Positions 49,734 through 58,819 of a stretch of DNA of 64,000 nucleotides are shown here, piece by piece. Both the position numbers and the translations under genes were made by a program. Source of the stretch: a virus (taxonomy: Duplodnaviria; Heunggongvirae; Uroviricota; Caudoviricetes); IMG/VR virus record IMGVR_UViG_3300045988_145627, positions 1-64,000 of that record, one strand, 5' to 3'. Positions within the stretch are counted from its first letter, which is position 1, and each line of letters begins with the position of its first letter. Under the pieces are notes generated by a model. It saw only the letters and a list, made by a program, of their open reading frames with translations. It did no database searches and had not been told where the DNA came from.

Positions 49734-50969
49734 ATGACTACTACTGCACTGCAAAATGAAAAAAATCCTTCTGATTACCTTGTTTGCAAGTGGTGCGGAA
49801 AATCATTTCACTATTTTAAGTCCCATGTAGCCAATGGTAATTGCGAGGGCATTCCTGAGTCAGTAAAAGATGCCGATCCTGACACCGTACTGAAAATGTA
49901 CACAACGCAGTTTCCAGATGAGCCAACGCTATCGAAAAAGGCACTTGATGCAATTCAAGCTAAACGTGCCGAGCAAAAAAGCGAAATGGCCAAATCATCT
50001 GGCGTGACCAATAGCCCAGGCTATACAGGCACAGTTGAGTACAAGACAGATCTGGTCGCAGCTCACGAACTGCTAAATGTAACGGTGAAAGAACTCGGAA
50101 CAAAACGTGGGACGCCGCTCATGGTTAGCGTCAACGTCAATACGCCGTTTCCAGAGTTCGTTCCAGAAGTGAAGAAGGGATACGTATATGGCGACTTCGA
50201 ACTGATCAAAGACATTTTCATGATGCTTGAACTTGGCATACCAGGCTATTTGTGGGGTCATGCAGGAACAGGCAAATCTTCATTGCCTACACAACTATGT
50301 GCTTTGCTCAATCGTCCGTTAATCCGTGCCCAACATACAGCATCAATGGAAGAGGCTCATGTTACGGGACAAATTCTGGCGCGTGATGGCTCTACGTATT
50401 TCGAGCCTGGCTTGCTTGCGCTCGCAATGAAGCATGGCTGGGTTTACCTCGCGGATGAATACGACTTTGCGTTTCCACAGATTCTTGGCGTGTATCAGCC
50501 AGTGCTGGAAGGTGAAGCGTTGGTCATCAAAGAGGCGACTCCAGAATGGCGTCGCATTACTCCGCATGAACGGTTTGCTTTCATTGGCACTGGCAACACG
50601 AACGGATCTGGTGATGAAACCGGCTTGTACCAGGGTACAAACATCCAGAACGCCGCTAACTTTTCGCGTTTTGGCATCGTTTCGAATGTGAAATACATGA
50701 GCAAAGAGGCAGAGATCAGCATGTTGATAAATGCTGGCATCGTGGATGAATACGCTGAAAAGATGGTTAAGTTTGCCGGTATCGTTCGCGATGGATACGA
50801 AGAACACCTGATCAGTCAGCCGATTGGCCCTCGTGAACTTTTGTTGTCGGCCAAGATTGGAATGATGCGAGGCGACTTTGTGACAGGTATTGAGCGTTCT
50901 TTCATTAACAAACTCCCTTCAGCTTCTGCGCAAGCGGCACGTGAAGTTGTTCAAAAAATATTTGGTTAA
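49734..50969 (+). CDS. AAA+ ATPase (MoxR/CobS-like) with N-terminal Cys cluster
   Basis: Walker A GHAGTGKSSL, Walker B YLADEYDF; CKWCGKSFHYFKSH...C. Confidence 0.75.
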   Translation: MTTTALQNEKNPSDYLVCKWCGKSFHYFKSHVANGNCEGIPESVKDADPDTVLKMYTTQFPDEPTLSKKALDAIQAKRAEQKSEMAKSSGVTNSPGYTGTVEYKTDLVAAHELLNVTVKELGTKRGTPLMVSVNVNTPFPEFVPEVKKGYVYGDFELIKDIFMMLELGIPGYLWGHAGTGKSSLPTQLCALLNRPLIRAQHTASMEEAHVTGQILARDGSTYFEPGLLALAMKHGWVYLADEYDFAFPQILGVYQPVLEGEALVIKEATPEWRRITPHERFAFIGTGNTNGSGDETGLYQGTNIQNAANFSRFGIVSNVKYMSKEAEISMLINAGIVDEYAEKMVKFAGIVRDGYEEHLISQPIGPRELLLSAKIGMMRGDFVTGIERSFINKLPSASAQAAREVVQKIFG

Positions 50970-50971
50970 TC

Positions 50972-51175
50972 GTGCGTAAAGGATGTTTCGGCTCTCTTAT
51001 CGCTGCTTCTGAAACTGGCAAGGCTTGCCTGGTGTGTCCAGACAAGCCCGATTGTCACCAATCAGCAAAAGAAGTTGCGATTTCGATGTATGGGAAGTTC
51101 GTAGGCTTCCCCAATGACAAAATCAAAAAAACCAGAAAGGTAAAAACACATGAAGGCTCTGATGGTTCGAACTGA
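50972..51175 (+). CDS. small Cys-rich protein, putative
   Basis: 67 aa ORF with CxxC pairs; overlaps start of polymerase gene. Confidence 0.3.
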   Translation: MRKGCFGSLIAASETGKACLVCPDKPDCHQSAKEVAISMYGKFVGFPNDKIKKTRKVKTHEGSDGSN

Positions 51176-54100
51176 CTTCTCTCTTGGGGAGTCGGCTCTA
51201 AAAGCAGAAAACGCGGTGAAGATTGCCAGAGAAGCTGGCTACACCGCTGTAATTTCGGCAGATAGCATGAATATTGCGAGTGTTATTCCACTACAACGTG
51301 CCGCTGGTGACGACATGGCGGTTATTTGTGGTGTGAAACTAAACATTGTTGATGATCCCACATACGAGCACCGGGCTAAACTTGCTAAAGAGTCTATGGG
51401 ATGTATGGAATCATTAGAGCGTGGGCGGAACTACTCCTTTACCGCTCTAATTAAAAATGAGCAGGGATATCGAGACATCTGCGAACTAATGACGGCGGCC
51501 AACACACGAGAACAGTTCTACTTTGTACCGCGTCTCTCGCTCGAACAGTTGGTTTCTACATATGCCAAAGGCAACATCATCCTGCTCACTGCCGACATCG
51601 GTAGCGTGTTCCAACGCAACGATTTTGCAAAAATCATAAGCTCACTGATTACAGCGGGTGGAAAAGACAACTTCTATAGTGTGGTTTATCCGCACCCTAC
51701 CCCATTCTACGACCAGATTAACGTCCGGGCGATGAAAGTCGCCAGCGCACTGAAAATAGAGCCAGTAGCGTTCTATCCCGCTTATTACGAATCGATCGAC
51801 GATGCAGACATTAAAGACATTGCGCACATGGTTACGAACAACATCAAAATCGACCAGCCGCATCGTCTGCGTATCCCCCACCAGCGAGATAACGCCGTCA
51901 ATGGTCGCCGCCATCTCCTTGAGGCGCTGAAAGCCTTCTCCGTTCGCATGGATGTGCCGGTAACAGCTGCAATGGCCTCAACAACGCAGGATACCATTAT
52001 CGATGCCTGCACATGGCGCTGGCATGAATTGCCACCAGCACTGCCAAAGATGGCAGACGACGAGCCTGCAACGCTGATGAAACTGGCCGTTGCTGGGCTG
52101 CGTAAACGTCTTACCACAAAAGAGTTTGGCTACACACCACCGGCTTCTGAGAACAGGGTTTATGTTGAGCGACTTAAGTACGAAATGGACACGCTTACTC
52201 GCCTGGGATTTTGTGGTTACTTCCTGATGGTACGCGATCTGATGAATCACAGCCGTGAAACTGGCATTCCTGTCGGGCCTGGTCGTGGTTCCTCCGCTGG
52301 CTCTTTGGTGGCATGGTGCATAGGCATAACCAACGTCGACCCTATCCGTCACGGTCTTCTGTTTGAACGTTTCATCAACCCTGAGCGTCTCGACTTGCCA
52401 GATGCGGACTTGGACTTCAGCCAGGCACGTCGCCATGAGGTGATCGAGTATCTGAATGAACGCTACGGCGAAGATTACGTTGCAGGCATTCCGAACTTCA
52501 CCTACCTGGGCGCGGCCTCTGCACTACGTGACACCGCTCGTATTTATGGTGTGGAGTCCGCAGATATGGCGGTATCAAAAGAACTGAAGAACGTCGAGGA
52601 TGATAGCCTTCCATTGGAAGAGCTGCGCGAACAACTGGCAAGCCTCGACAAATACGCGACAAAATATCCTGATGCATTCAATGCAGCCTGCAAGTTACAA
52701 AGCCTTATGCGTGGCTATGGTAGACATGCGGCAGGGATGATCGTAGCAGGTGTTCCTCTGACAGAACGAACACCGGTTGAACGACGTGGTGACGCGCGTT
52801 GTATCGCATTTGACAAGCGTTACTGCGAGGCTATGGGCCTAATTAAGCTGGACGTACTTGGCCTGGCGACTCTCGATTTGCTCGATAGTGCAAAACGCTA
52901 CATTAAAGAGAACACAGGTGAGGATATCAATCTTGATGCCATTTCTCTTGAAGATCGCAAGGTGCTGGATGGTTTTGCTGCTGGGTACACTCAAGGTGTT
53001 TTCCAGCTTGAATCAGGCCCAATGCGCAAGCTGCTTAAAGATTTAGGTGGTGGAATTGAGCCAATGAGCTTTAAAACGGTCGTTGCTACGACTGCGCTCT
53101 TCCGGCCGGGGCCAATTCAGTCAGGCATGTTGGATGATTATGTTTCTGTCGCCAAAGGCTTTATGACGCCGGAATCATTACACCCCGTTCTTGATGAACT
53201 TACCGCAGAAACAAATGGCGTGATTCTTTATCAGGAACAGACGATGAACGCGACTCGATTGCTTGCGGGCTTCACAATGGCTGAAGCTGACGGCGTTCGT
53301 AAAGCGATCGGCAAAAAAGACATGGAGAAAATGAAGAGCATGGGTGAGAAGTTCATCGTTCAGGCTCAAGCTGGCTGGATAGACGTTGAGCTGGAAGATT
53401 GCACTACACAGCGCATTCACCGTGCGGAACATTTTAAATGCGAAGACGGAACACTGAAAACTGTCGAAGAGGCGCTTGAACACGGCGCAAAACTACCTAT
53501 AAACGCAGTACGCGTGACAGCGTCACACCCAGGGCTATCAGAGATGAAAGCGAAGGAGATCTGGACCGCATTCGAAAAAAATGGTGCCTACCAGTTCAAC
53601 AAATCACACTCTGTTGCTTACTCCTTGATCAGTTATCAATCTATGTGGTTGAAAACTCATTATCCCGCAGAGTTTTTCGCTGCTGCTCTCACTATTCTTG
53701 GCGAAGATAAACACCAGGGGCTGGTTAAAGATGCGCTGACCTATGGTATTCGCGTATTGCCACCAGACGTTAACGTGTCATCCAACCGAATCGAGATCCG
53801 CACGCTTGAAGATGGCAGCCAGGTGCTGTATGCGCCCTTCTCTGCTGTGAAGGGGTGTTCTGAGAATGGCTGCCAAGCCATCATGAGAGCGCGAGAAAAA
53901 GTTGGCGGCAAATTCGAGTCACTGGCGCAATTCGAAGAAGCTGTCGAGAAACGTGCCTGTAATAGTCGAGTGCGCGAATCGCTGCAAAAAGTAGGGGCGT
54001 TTGCATCCATCGAGCCAGGTAGTCTGCCAGCAACTGATCCAGAGCGCCTACGCGACCAGGCTGAATTGATGGGAAACCTTGTCATAGACGCAGTTAAAGC

Positions 54101-54668
54101 CTCACGTCCGTTTGAGATGAACCCCAAACGTTCGGCTGAGATTAACGTGCTCATGACACGGATGGCGGCTGAAATGGGCTTAGGTGATGAACTAATCCGC
54201 CCCAGCATTGGTATTAAGCCGAAAATCATGATCATTCTGGACAATGCGAACGGCAATGATGCTCGAACCGGTTACTTTATGGAGAACGGATACGACGATT
54301 TTAAGGCCAAGCTATTGACGGCTGGAGATTTACGCATGGGCGATCTCTATGTCACAGGCGTTTGCAAGAAGGTTAAAGACAAAGAAAAAGACTACACCAA
54401 AGACGAGATCGGCCAGTTCACCGACTTTATGCGTGAAGAGATCAATCTGGTGCGTCCAACCTATGTGCTGACGTGTGGCAGCCGGGCGACATCGCTCTTC
54501 AACAACAAGAGCAAACCATCCGACCTGGTTGGACGCAAAGAGTATCTGCCGGAGCTGGATGTGACTGTTTTCTACGGATTTAACCCGAATATTTTGTACT
54601 TTCACCCAGAGGAAGGCGAAAAGCTGGAAGCAATTCTTGCAGAGGTAGCGGAGACTATTAGCAAATGA
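51150..54668 (+). CDS. dnaE: DNA polymerase III alpha subunit-like replicative polymerase (DnaE family)
   Basis: 1172 aa; palm-region motif GPGRGSSAGSLVAWCIGITNVDP. Confidence 0.85.
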   Translation: MKALMVRTDFSLGESALKAENAVKIAREAGYTAVISADSMNIASVIPLQRAAGDDMAVICGVKLNIVDDPTYEHRAKLAKESMGCMESLERGRNYSFTALIKNEQGYRDICELMTAANTREQFYFVPRLSLEQLVSTYAKGNIILLTADIGSVFQRNDFAKIISSLITAGGKDNFYSVVYPHPTPFYDQINVRAMKVASALKIEPVAFYPAYYESIDDADIKDIAHMVTNNIKIDQPHRLRIPHQRDNAVNGRRHLLEALKAFSVRMDVPVTAAMASTTQDTIIDACTWRWHELPPALPKMADDEPATLMKLAVAGLRKRLTTKEFGYTPPASENRVYVERLKYEMDTLTRLGFCGYFLMVRDLMNHSRETGIPVGPGRGSSAGSLVAWCIGITNVDPIRHGLLFERFINPERLDLPDADLDFSQARRHEVIEYLNERYGEDYVAGIPNFTYLGAASALRDTARIYGVESADMAVSKELKNVEDDSLPLEELREQLASLDKYATKYPDAFNAACKLQSLMRGYGRHAAGMIVAGVPLTERTPVERRGDARCIAFDKRYCEAMGLIKLDVLGLATLDLLDSAKRYIKENTGEDINLDAISLEDRKVLDGFAAGYTQGVFQLESGPMRKLLKDLGGGIEPMSFKTVVATTALFRPGPIQSGMLDDYVSVAKGFMTPESLHPVLDELTAETNGVILYQEQTMNATRLLAGFTMAEADGVRKAIGKKDMEKMKSMGEKFIVQAQAGWIDVELEDCTTQRIHRAEHFKCEDGTLKTVEEALEHGAKLPINAVRVTASHPGLSEMKAKEIWTAFEKNGAYQFNKSHSVAYSLISYQSMWLKTHYPAEFFAAALTILGEDKHQGLVKDALTYGIRVLPPDVNVSSNRIEIRTLEDGSQVLYAPFSAVKGCSENGCQAIMRAREKVGGKFESLAQFEEAVEKRACNSRVRESLQKVGAFASIEPGSLPATDPERLRDQAELMGNLVIDAVKASRPFEMNPKRSAEINVLMTRMAAEMGLGDELIRPSIGIKPKIMIILDNANGNDARTGYFMENGYDDFKAKLLTAGDLRMGDLYVTGVCKKVKDKEKDYTKDEIGQFTDFMREEINLVRPTYVLTCGSRATSLFNNKSKPSDLVGRKEYLPELDVTVFYGFNPNILYFHPEEGEKLEAILAEVAETISK

Positions 54669-54807
54669 ACAAAGCGAACACCATGAAGGTGGCCAAAGAG
54701 CAAAGAGTTTATGGAAGTAAACAAGATTGGCGATGTGAGACAGTACAGGCTGAAGCGCCAGACCAGAGTCACGCTATCCAATATTTTTGGTAAGAAAGTC
54801 GCCTAAT

Positions 54808-54836
54808 GAAAAGCTCGTCAATTGACGAGCTTTTCA
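54808..54836. terminator. bidirectional intrinsic terminator between convergent genes
   Basis: GAAAAGCTCGTC-aatt-GACGAGCTTTTC. Confidence 0.7.
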
Positions 54837-54841
54837 TTTGA

Positions 54842-55840
54842 CTATCTTGAATTAGGGGCTTTCTCTATAATTATTCGATTCAGAATATGATTACGATCAC
54901 TGTATGGTTCGAAATGTTCTGCAATCGAGTATGAACCGACACTACGTGCGACCACATCTTCAAAATATTCAAGGATTTTAGGTAGATACTTTTCATAATT
55001 TTGTGAACAAATCGACACTACAGGATCGAATTCTACTAATCGACGCTTTACACGTATATGGTTATTTATTTTTTCATATTCATTCATCATAGAGTTCAAG
55101 TCTGGTACTACCCGCTCAGGGCTACACAGGTAGGTGCTGCGGTCATACTCGTCTCCGAATTTATCAAGAGGAACACCTATCTCTAGCAACGTCTTGTTTA
55201 CTCGCTTTGCAAGCTCAATTATCTCTTTATCTTCTTCTGTAAGCCACATGTCGACCCACTTTTGTTTGTCTGCCCATTCAGACAGATAATCATCCTTATT
55301 GAAAGTTACAGGAGCACATCCAGAGTCACTTCTTAATGCTTTATCCTTTATTTTAGAAATTGTTTTTTTATCTAAATGCTTCCAATAAATAGCAGGTTCG
55401 TCTAATTCATTATCATCGTGTAGGCATATCAAAACAATTACCACAGGAAAATCACAACTTCCCCAATAGGTTATATTTTTATAAGGTATTTGTACGCTTA
55501 ACCTTCTCTTCATTTTGCGTGAGGTGGTTTTTATCTGAACGCCGATAAAAAAACCTGTCGAAAGATTATTTTCATATATTTCAACCTGAGCATCCAATCC
55601 CATATCAATATCTAGCAATCGACAAGGCCATCTGAAATAACGAGAAATCCAATAGGCAAACAAGTACTCTCCAGCGTGTCCATCCGCACTGGTTTTCGGA
55701 TATGTCATACCTTCAGTTTTATTCTTTTCTGCCGCTGGCTTTACAGACTTAGCTTTTGGGGGGAGGGCTGTTTTTTTAGTCGGCACTGACTTTGTTGCTT
55801 TGACTTGTTTGTTAGCCTTATCCATTGGTTTTATTCTCAA
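54842..55840 (-). CDS. A+T-rich protein with Lys-rich N-terminus and PD-(D/E)xK-like nuclease-fold motifs (DUF4365-like, from memory)
   Basis: GHAGEYLFAYWISRYF...LDIDMGLDAQVEIYENN...GFFIGVQIKT pattern; opposite strand to flanking replication genes. Confidence 0.45.
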   Translation of the reverse strand: MRIKPMDKANKQVKATKSVPTKKTALPPKAKSVKPAAEKNKTEGMTYPKTSADGHAGEYLFAYWISRYFRWPCRLLDIDMGLDAQVEIYENNLSTGFFIGVQIKTTSRKMKRRLSVQIPYKNITYWGSCDFPVVIVLICLHDDNELDEPAIYWKHLDKKTISKIKDKALRSDSGCAPVTFNKDDYLSEWADKQKWVDMWLTEEDKEIIELAKRVNKTLLEIGVPLDKFGDEYDRSTYLCSPERVVPDLNSMMNEYEKINNHIRVKRRLVEFDPVVSICSQNYEKYLPKILEYFEDVVARSVGSYSIAEHFEPYSDRNHILNRIIIEKAPNSR

Positions 55841-55968
55841 TTTGCTTTGCTCGGTGTGCCTCCTGATTCTGCACCTTAGCGCCGATACTGTCTACCGCCA
55901 ATCATGACAGTAAAGCTCTATTTGTTTGATATAATCAGATACACGAAAGTAAGTTTGAGCATATCAAT

Positions 55969-56400
55969 ATGAACACCGATATTTACGAGAAAATAATGTC
56001 TGATCTCGAGTTTGACAGAGACAATCTGGAAGACGTCTGGCGTAAACAACCTCGCCTGTTGATGGAGTATGGTTCAAAGCTCGCCCATGCAGAAAGAAGT
56101 GTCGCAGAGGCAAAACTTAACCTTGAAGCTGTTGAAGCAAAGCTATACGACACAGAGCGTAAAAACTTGAGTATGAACGGCATTAAGTTTAACGAATCTG
56201 TACTAGACGCTAAGGTTAAAACAAACCCACAGTATCTGTCTAAACGGCAAAAGTTGGATGAAGCACGGCACATCGCAGACATATACAAACATGCTGTCGC
56301 CGCCTTTTCGCATCGCCGAGACATGATCGTTCAGGCGTCGAAGATGGCTATCGTTGAATTAGAGCGATTAGGCTCTGAACGCTTTATTACTCCCCGTTGA
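55969..56400 (+). CDS. hypothetical coiled-coil protein
   Basis: 143 aa ORF. Confidence 0.4.
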   Translation: MNTDIYEKIMSDLEFDRDNLEDVWRKQPRLLMEYGSKLAHAERSVAEAKLNLEAVEAKLYDTERKNLSMNGIKFNESVLDAKVKTNPQYLSKRQKLDEARHIADIYKHAVAAFSHRRDMIVQASKMAIVELERLGSERFITPR

Positions 56401-56517
56401 TTTTTGATAGATAATAAGTAAGTACTGATCTATCATTTAACAGCTCGAAAGAGCCACGAATGAACGAAAGCCCAACGCGCATAGCGCCATCGGCCAAATC
56501 ACAACAAGGAGAAACAC

Positions 56518-57546
56518 ATGTCTAAGACATTACTTGATTTGCTTAACAAAACTCGTGAAGACATTGCCGCCAAACGTGGCAACAACGTTGATCTGACTCG
56601 TTTAAAAGACGGCGTCAACTATATCCGCATCTTCCCGAATAAAGACGACCCAAACGGTAAGTTCTTCCAGACTTTCGGTATGCACTACGTTAAGTATCAG
56701 AACGAGGAAGGTAAAGAAGCAACCAACGCTTATATTTGTGAGCAACATACTCACGGTCGCGCTTGTCAGCTATGCGAAATGGTGATGGAAGGTCGCGCTC
56801 GTCACAAGGGTAACAAAGCAATGGAAGAACGCATCGGTCAAATGCGTGCCACTCCTCGCTACCTGGTCAACGGCATTCTTTCTGCTCGTGAGGATTTCGC
56901 AGATGCTGAGAAATGCCAGTTAATCGAGCTGCCGTCTACTGTATTCGATGATATCTGCAAAGCAATCACCGAAGACATCGCTGATGATATCGGCAATCCA
57001 CTGAGCAAAGAGGAAGGCTACGCATTCCTGATTAAACGTACTGGCTCTGGTCGCGATACCAAATATGACGTCTCGCCTAAGCGTAAAGTCTACAAAGGCG
57101 ATATCGAAGATAAATTCTGGAACACCCAGCATGATCTGATCGCATACGCAAATCAGGCTGATGAAACTCGTCTTCTGTCGACAGTTCGCACTATGGGTCG
57201 TCTGATTGGCATCGCTGCACCAACTGCCGCAGCATCTGCACCAGCAATTTCCTCAACCGCGAAAACATCGGCTGCGGCACTACCTGGATTTGGCTCTGTC
57301 ACTGGTCATACAGAAGGAGCGACGGCTGTAGCAACCGCGCACACACCGGCTTCTGAACCAACCAGTCTGGTTGATGAAGAAATCCTCCGTGCCGTTGAAA
57401 CTGAATTTAAACCAGAGGCAAGTTCCGCTGCCGTTGCCGTATCAGTCAAAGAGTCTGAAGCAGTCGCAGCGACATCTGTAGCAACCGCATCTGCGACGGA
57501 AGATGAAGGTCTGGATGACCTACTGAGAGAGCTGGACTCTCTGTAA
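56518..57546 (+). CDS. ssDNA-binding protein (T4 gp32-like)
   Basis: IRIFPNKDDPNGKFFQTFGMHYVK and H...C..C zinc motif (CEQHTHGRACQLC); acidic C-terminal tail DEGLDDLLRELDSL. Confidence 0.7.
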   Translation: MSKTLLDLLNKTREDIAAKRGNNVDLTRLKDGVNYIRIFPNKDDPNGKFFQTFGMHYVKYQNEEGKEATNAYICEQHTHGRACQLCEMVMEGRARHKGNKAMEERIGQMRATPRYLVNGILSAREDFADAEKCQLIELPSTVFDDICKAITEDIADDIGNPLSKEEGYAFLIKRTGSGRDTKYDVSPKRKVYKGDIEDKFWNTQHDLIAYANQADETRLLSTVRTMGRLIGIAAPTAAASAPAISSTAKTSAAALPGFGSVTGHTEGATAVATAHTPASEPTSLVDEEILRAVETEFKPEASSAAVAVSVKESEAVAATSVATASATEDEGLDDLLRELDSL

Positions 57547-57562
57547 TCCCATTACGTGACCA

Positions 57563-57591
57563 GTAAGGCGTCTACGGACGCCTTACTTTTT
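57563..57591 (+). terminator. intrinsic terminator (GGCGTC/GACGCC family)
   Basis: GTAAGGCGTC-tacg-GACGCCTTAC followed by TTTTT. Confidence 0.65.
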
Positions 57592-57606
57592 GGAAGGAAT
57601 GTACCG

Positions 57607-58551
57607 GTGAATTATCTCTTCGTAGATGGCAATAGCCTGGGTTATTACCACCAACAATCTGACAAATTGCACAACGGCGAAATGGAAGTACAGGCTGCTT
57701 TCGGCTTTGTTAAGAACGTCCGTCGTTATGCCTCCATCCTCCATGCCCGACCTATGATTCTTTGGGATGGATTTAGTGACAAGCGTCGCGACTTTTACCC
57801 GGACTACAAAGCAAATCGCGACGACGATCCTGATATGAAAAAGATGAAGGAAGGCTTTGCTATCCAGAAGCCATACATCCTCAAAATGATGACCGCGCTT
57901 GGTATTAACCAAATCATTGCAAAAGATGCAGAAGCGGATGATCTGGCCGGGCTGCTGGTATCCCGCATGGCACCGCAGCCAACCGTTGAACACATCTATC
58001 TGTTAACAGGCGATAGCGACTGGCTTCAGTTAGTTCGCGAAAACGTAAGCTGGGTAAGCCTGCGTGAAGACGCCAAAAACAAGCAGGTTAATTTTGAGCA
58101 ATTTGCGGAGCTGACAGGATTCGCCACGCCTCGCGCATTTTTGGAAGCAAAAGCATTACAAGGCGATAACTCGGACAACATTAGCGGTGTTGGTGGCATT
58201 GGTGCTGGCGGTGCGAAAGAGCTGCTGCATGAATGGGGAAGTGTCGCAACGATGGTACGCGGCATCAACGACGGCTCAATCGTGGTTAATAAAGGGCGTC
58301 ATAAGACCGCCTTCAACAAACTAGCGAAGAATGCCTTCAACGAGAAAACAGGCTGTCGAATGCTCGAAGCGTTCAAGAGAAACATCACGCTAATGAACCT
58401 GATTGAGACGAAGTTTCCGCCTACCGAAATCGAAACAATCAAAGGCAATCGTGACGTGAAAGCATTCGAGCAACTGTGCTACGAGCTGAATTTCCGTTCG
58501 TTCCTTGAAGACCTTGAAGTGTTTGTTCTTCCATTCGAAAGGTATTGCTAA
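57607..58551 (+). CDS. 5'-3' exonuclease / flap endonuclease (RNase H-like)
   Basis: LFVDGNSLGY, YLLTGDSDWLQLV, GIGAGGAKELL (H3TH); GTG start at 57607 after RBS ggaagg preferred because track start 57556 lies inside the terminator hairpin. Confidence 0.7.
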   Translation: MNYLFVDGNSLGYYHQQSDKLHNGEMEVQAAFGFVKNVRRYASILHARPMILWDGFSDKRRDFYPDYKANRDDDPDMKKMKEGFAIQKPYILKMMTALGINQIIAKDAEADDLAGLLVSRMAPQPTVEHIYLLTGDSDWLQLVRENVSWVSLREDAKNKQVNFEQFAELTGFATPRAFLEAKALQGDNSDNISGVGGIGAGGAKELLHEWGSVATMVRGINDGSIVVNKGRHKTAFNKLAKNAFNEKTGCRMLEAFKRNITLMNLIETKFPPTEIETIKGNRDVKAFEQLCYELNFRSFLEDLEVFVLPFERYC

Positions 58552-58817
58552 TGCTTAAATCGATTATCAATGGCGCTACAACCACCCCTGCCCAACTGGC
58601 AAAAGAGATTGTCTTTTATCACGGTGAGTACGCTGTCATCGCACTGCCGTCAATTCTAGGCGCTGCCGGAATGAAAGCGACAGATCGCGAGTTTGGATTA
58701 GTCAGCGAGCAGGTCGTAAAAATCCTCGCTCGTGTATCCAGACTCCTTAACCACGATGCGATTGTATTCGATGAATCCGCCGCTTTAAAACGAATCAACG
58801 AAACAAAAGGAGCCTGA
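58545..58817 (+). CDS. hypothetical protein
   Basis: 90 aa, start overlaps exonuclease stop. Confidence 0.35.
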   Translation: MLMLKSIINGATTTPAQLAKEIVFYHGEYAVIALPSILGAAGMKATDREFGLVSEQVVKILARVSRLLNHDAIVFDESAALKRINETKGA

Positions 58818-58819
58818 TC

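Noticed and set aside
51150-54668. Pol III alpha as evidence that the window is bacterial chromosome
   Set aside because: The gene is embedded among phage replication genes (gp32-like SSB, FEN, phage-type ligase, primase/helicase) in an element with its own iteron origin; phage-plasmids are known to encode DnaE-like polymerases.
57556-57606. N-terminal extension of the exonuclease ORF from the track start at 57556
   Set aside because: This segment coincides with a strong terminator hairpin (57563-57591); an in-frame GTG at 57607 with RBS ggaagg directly precedes the conserved LFVDGNSLGY motif.
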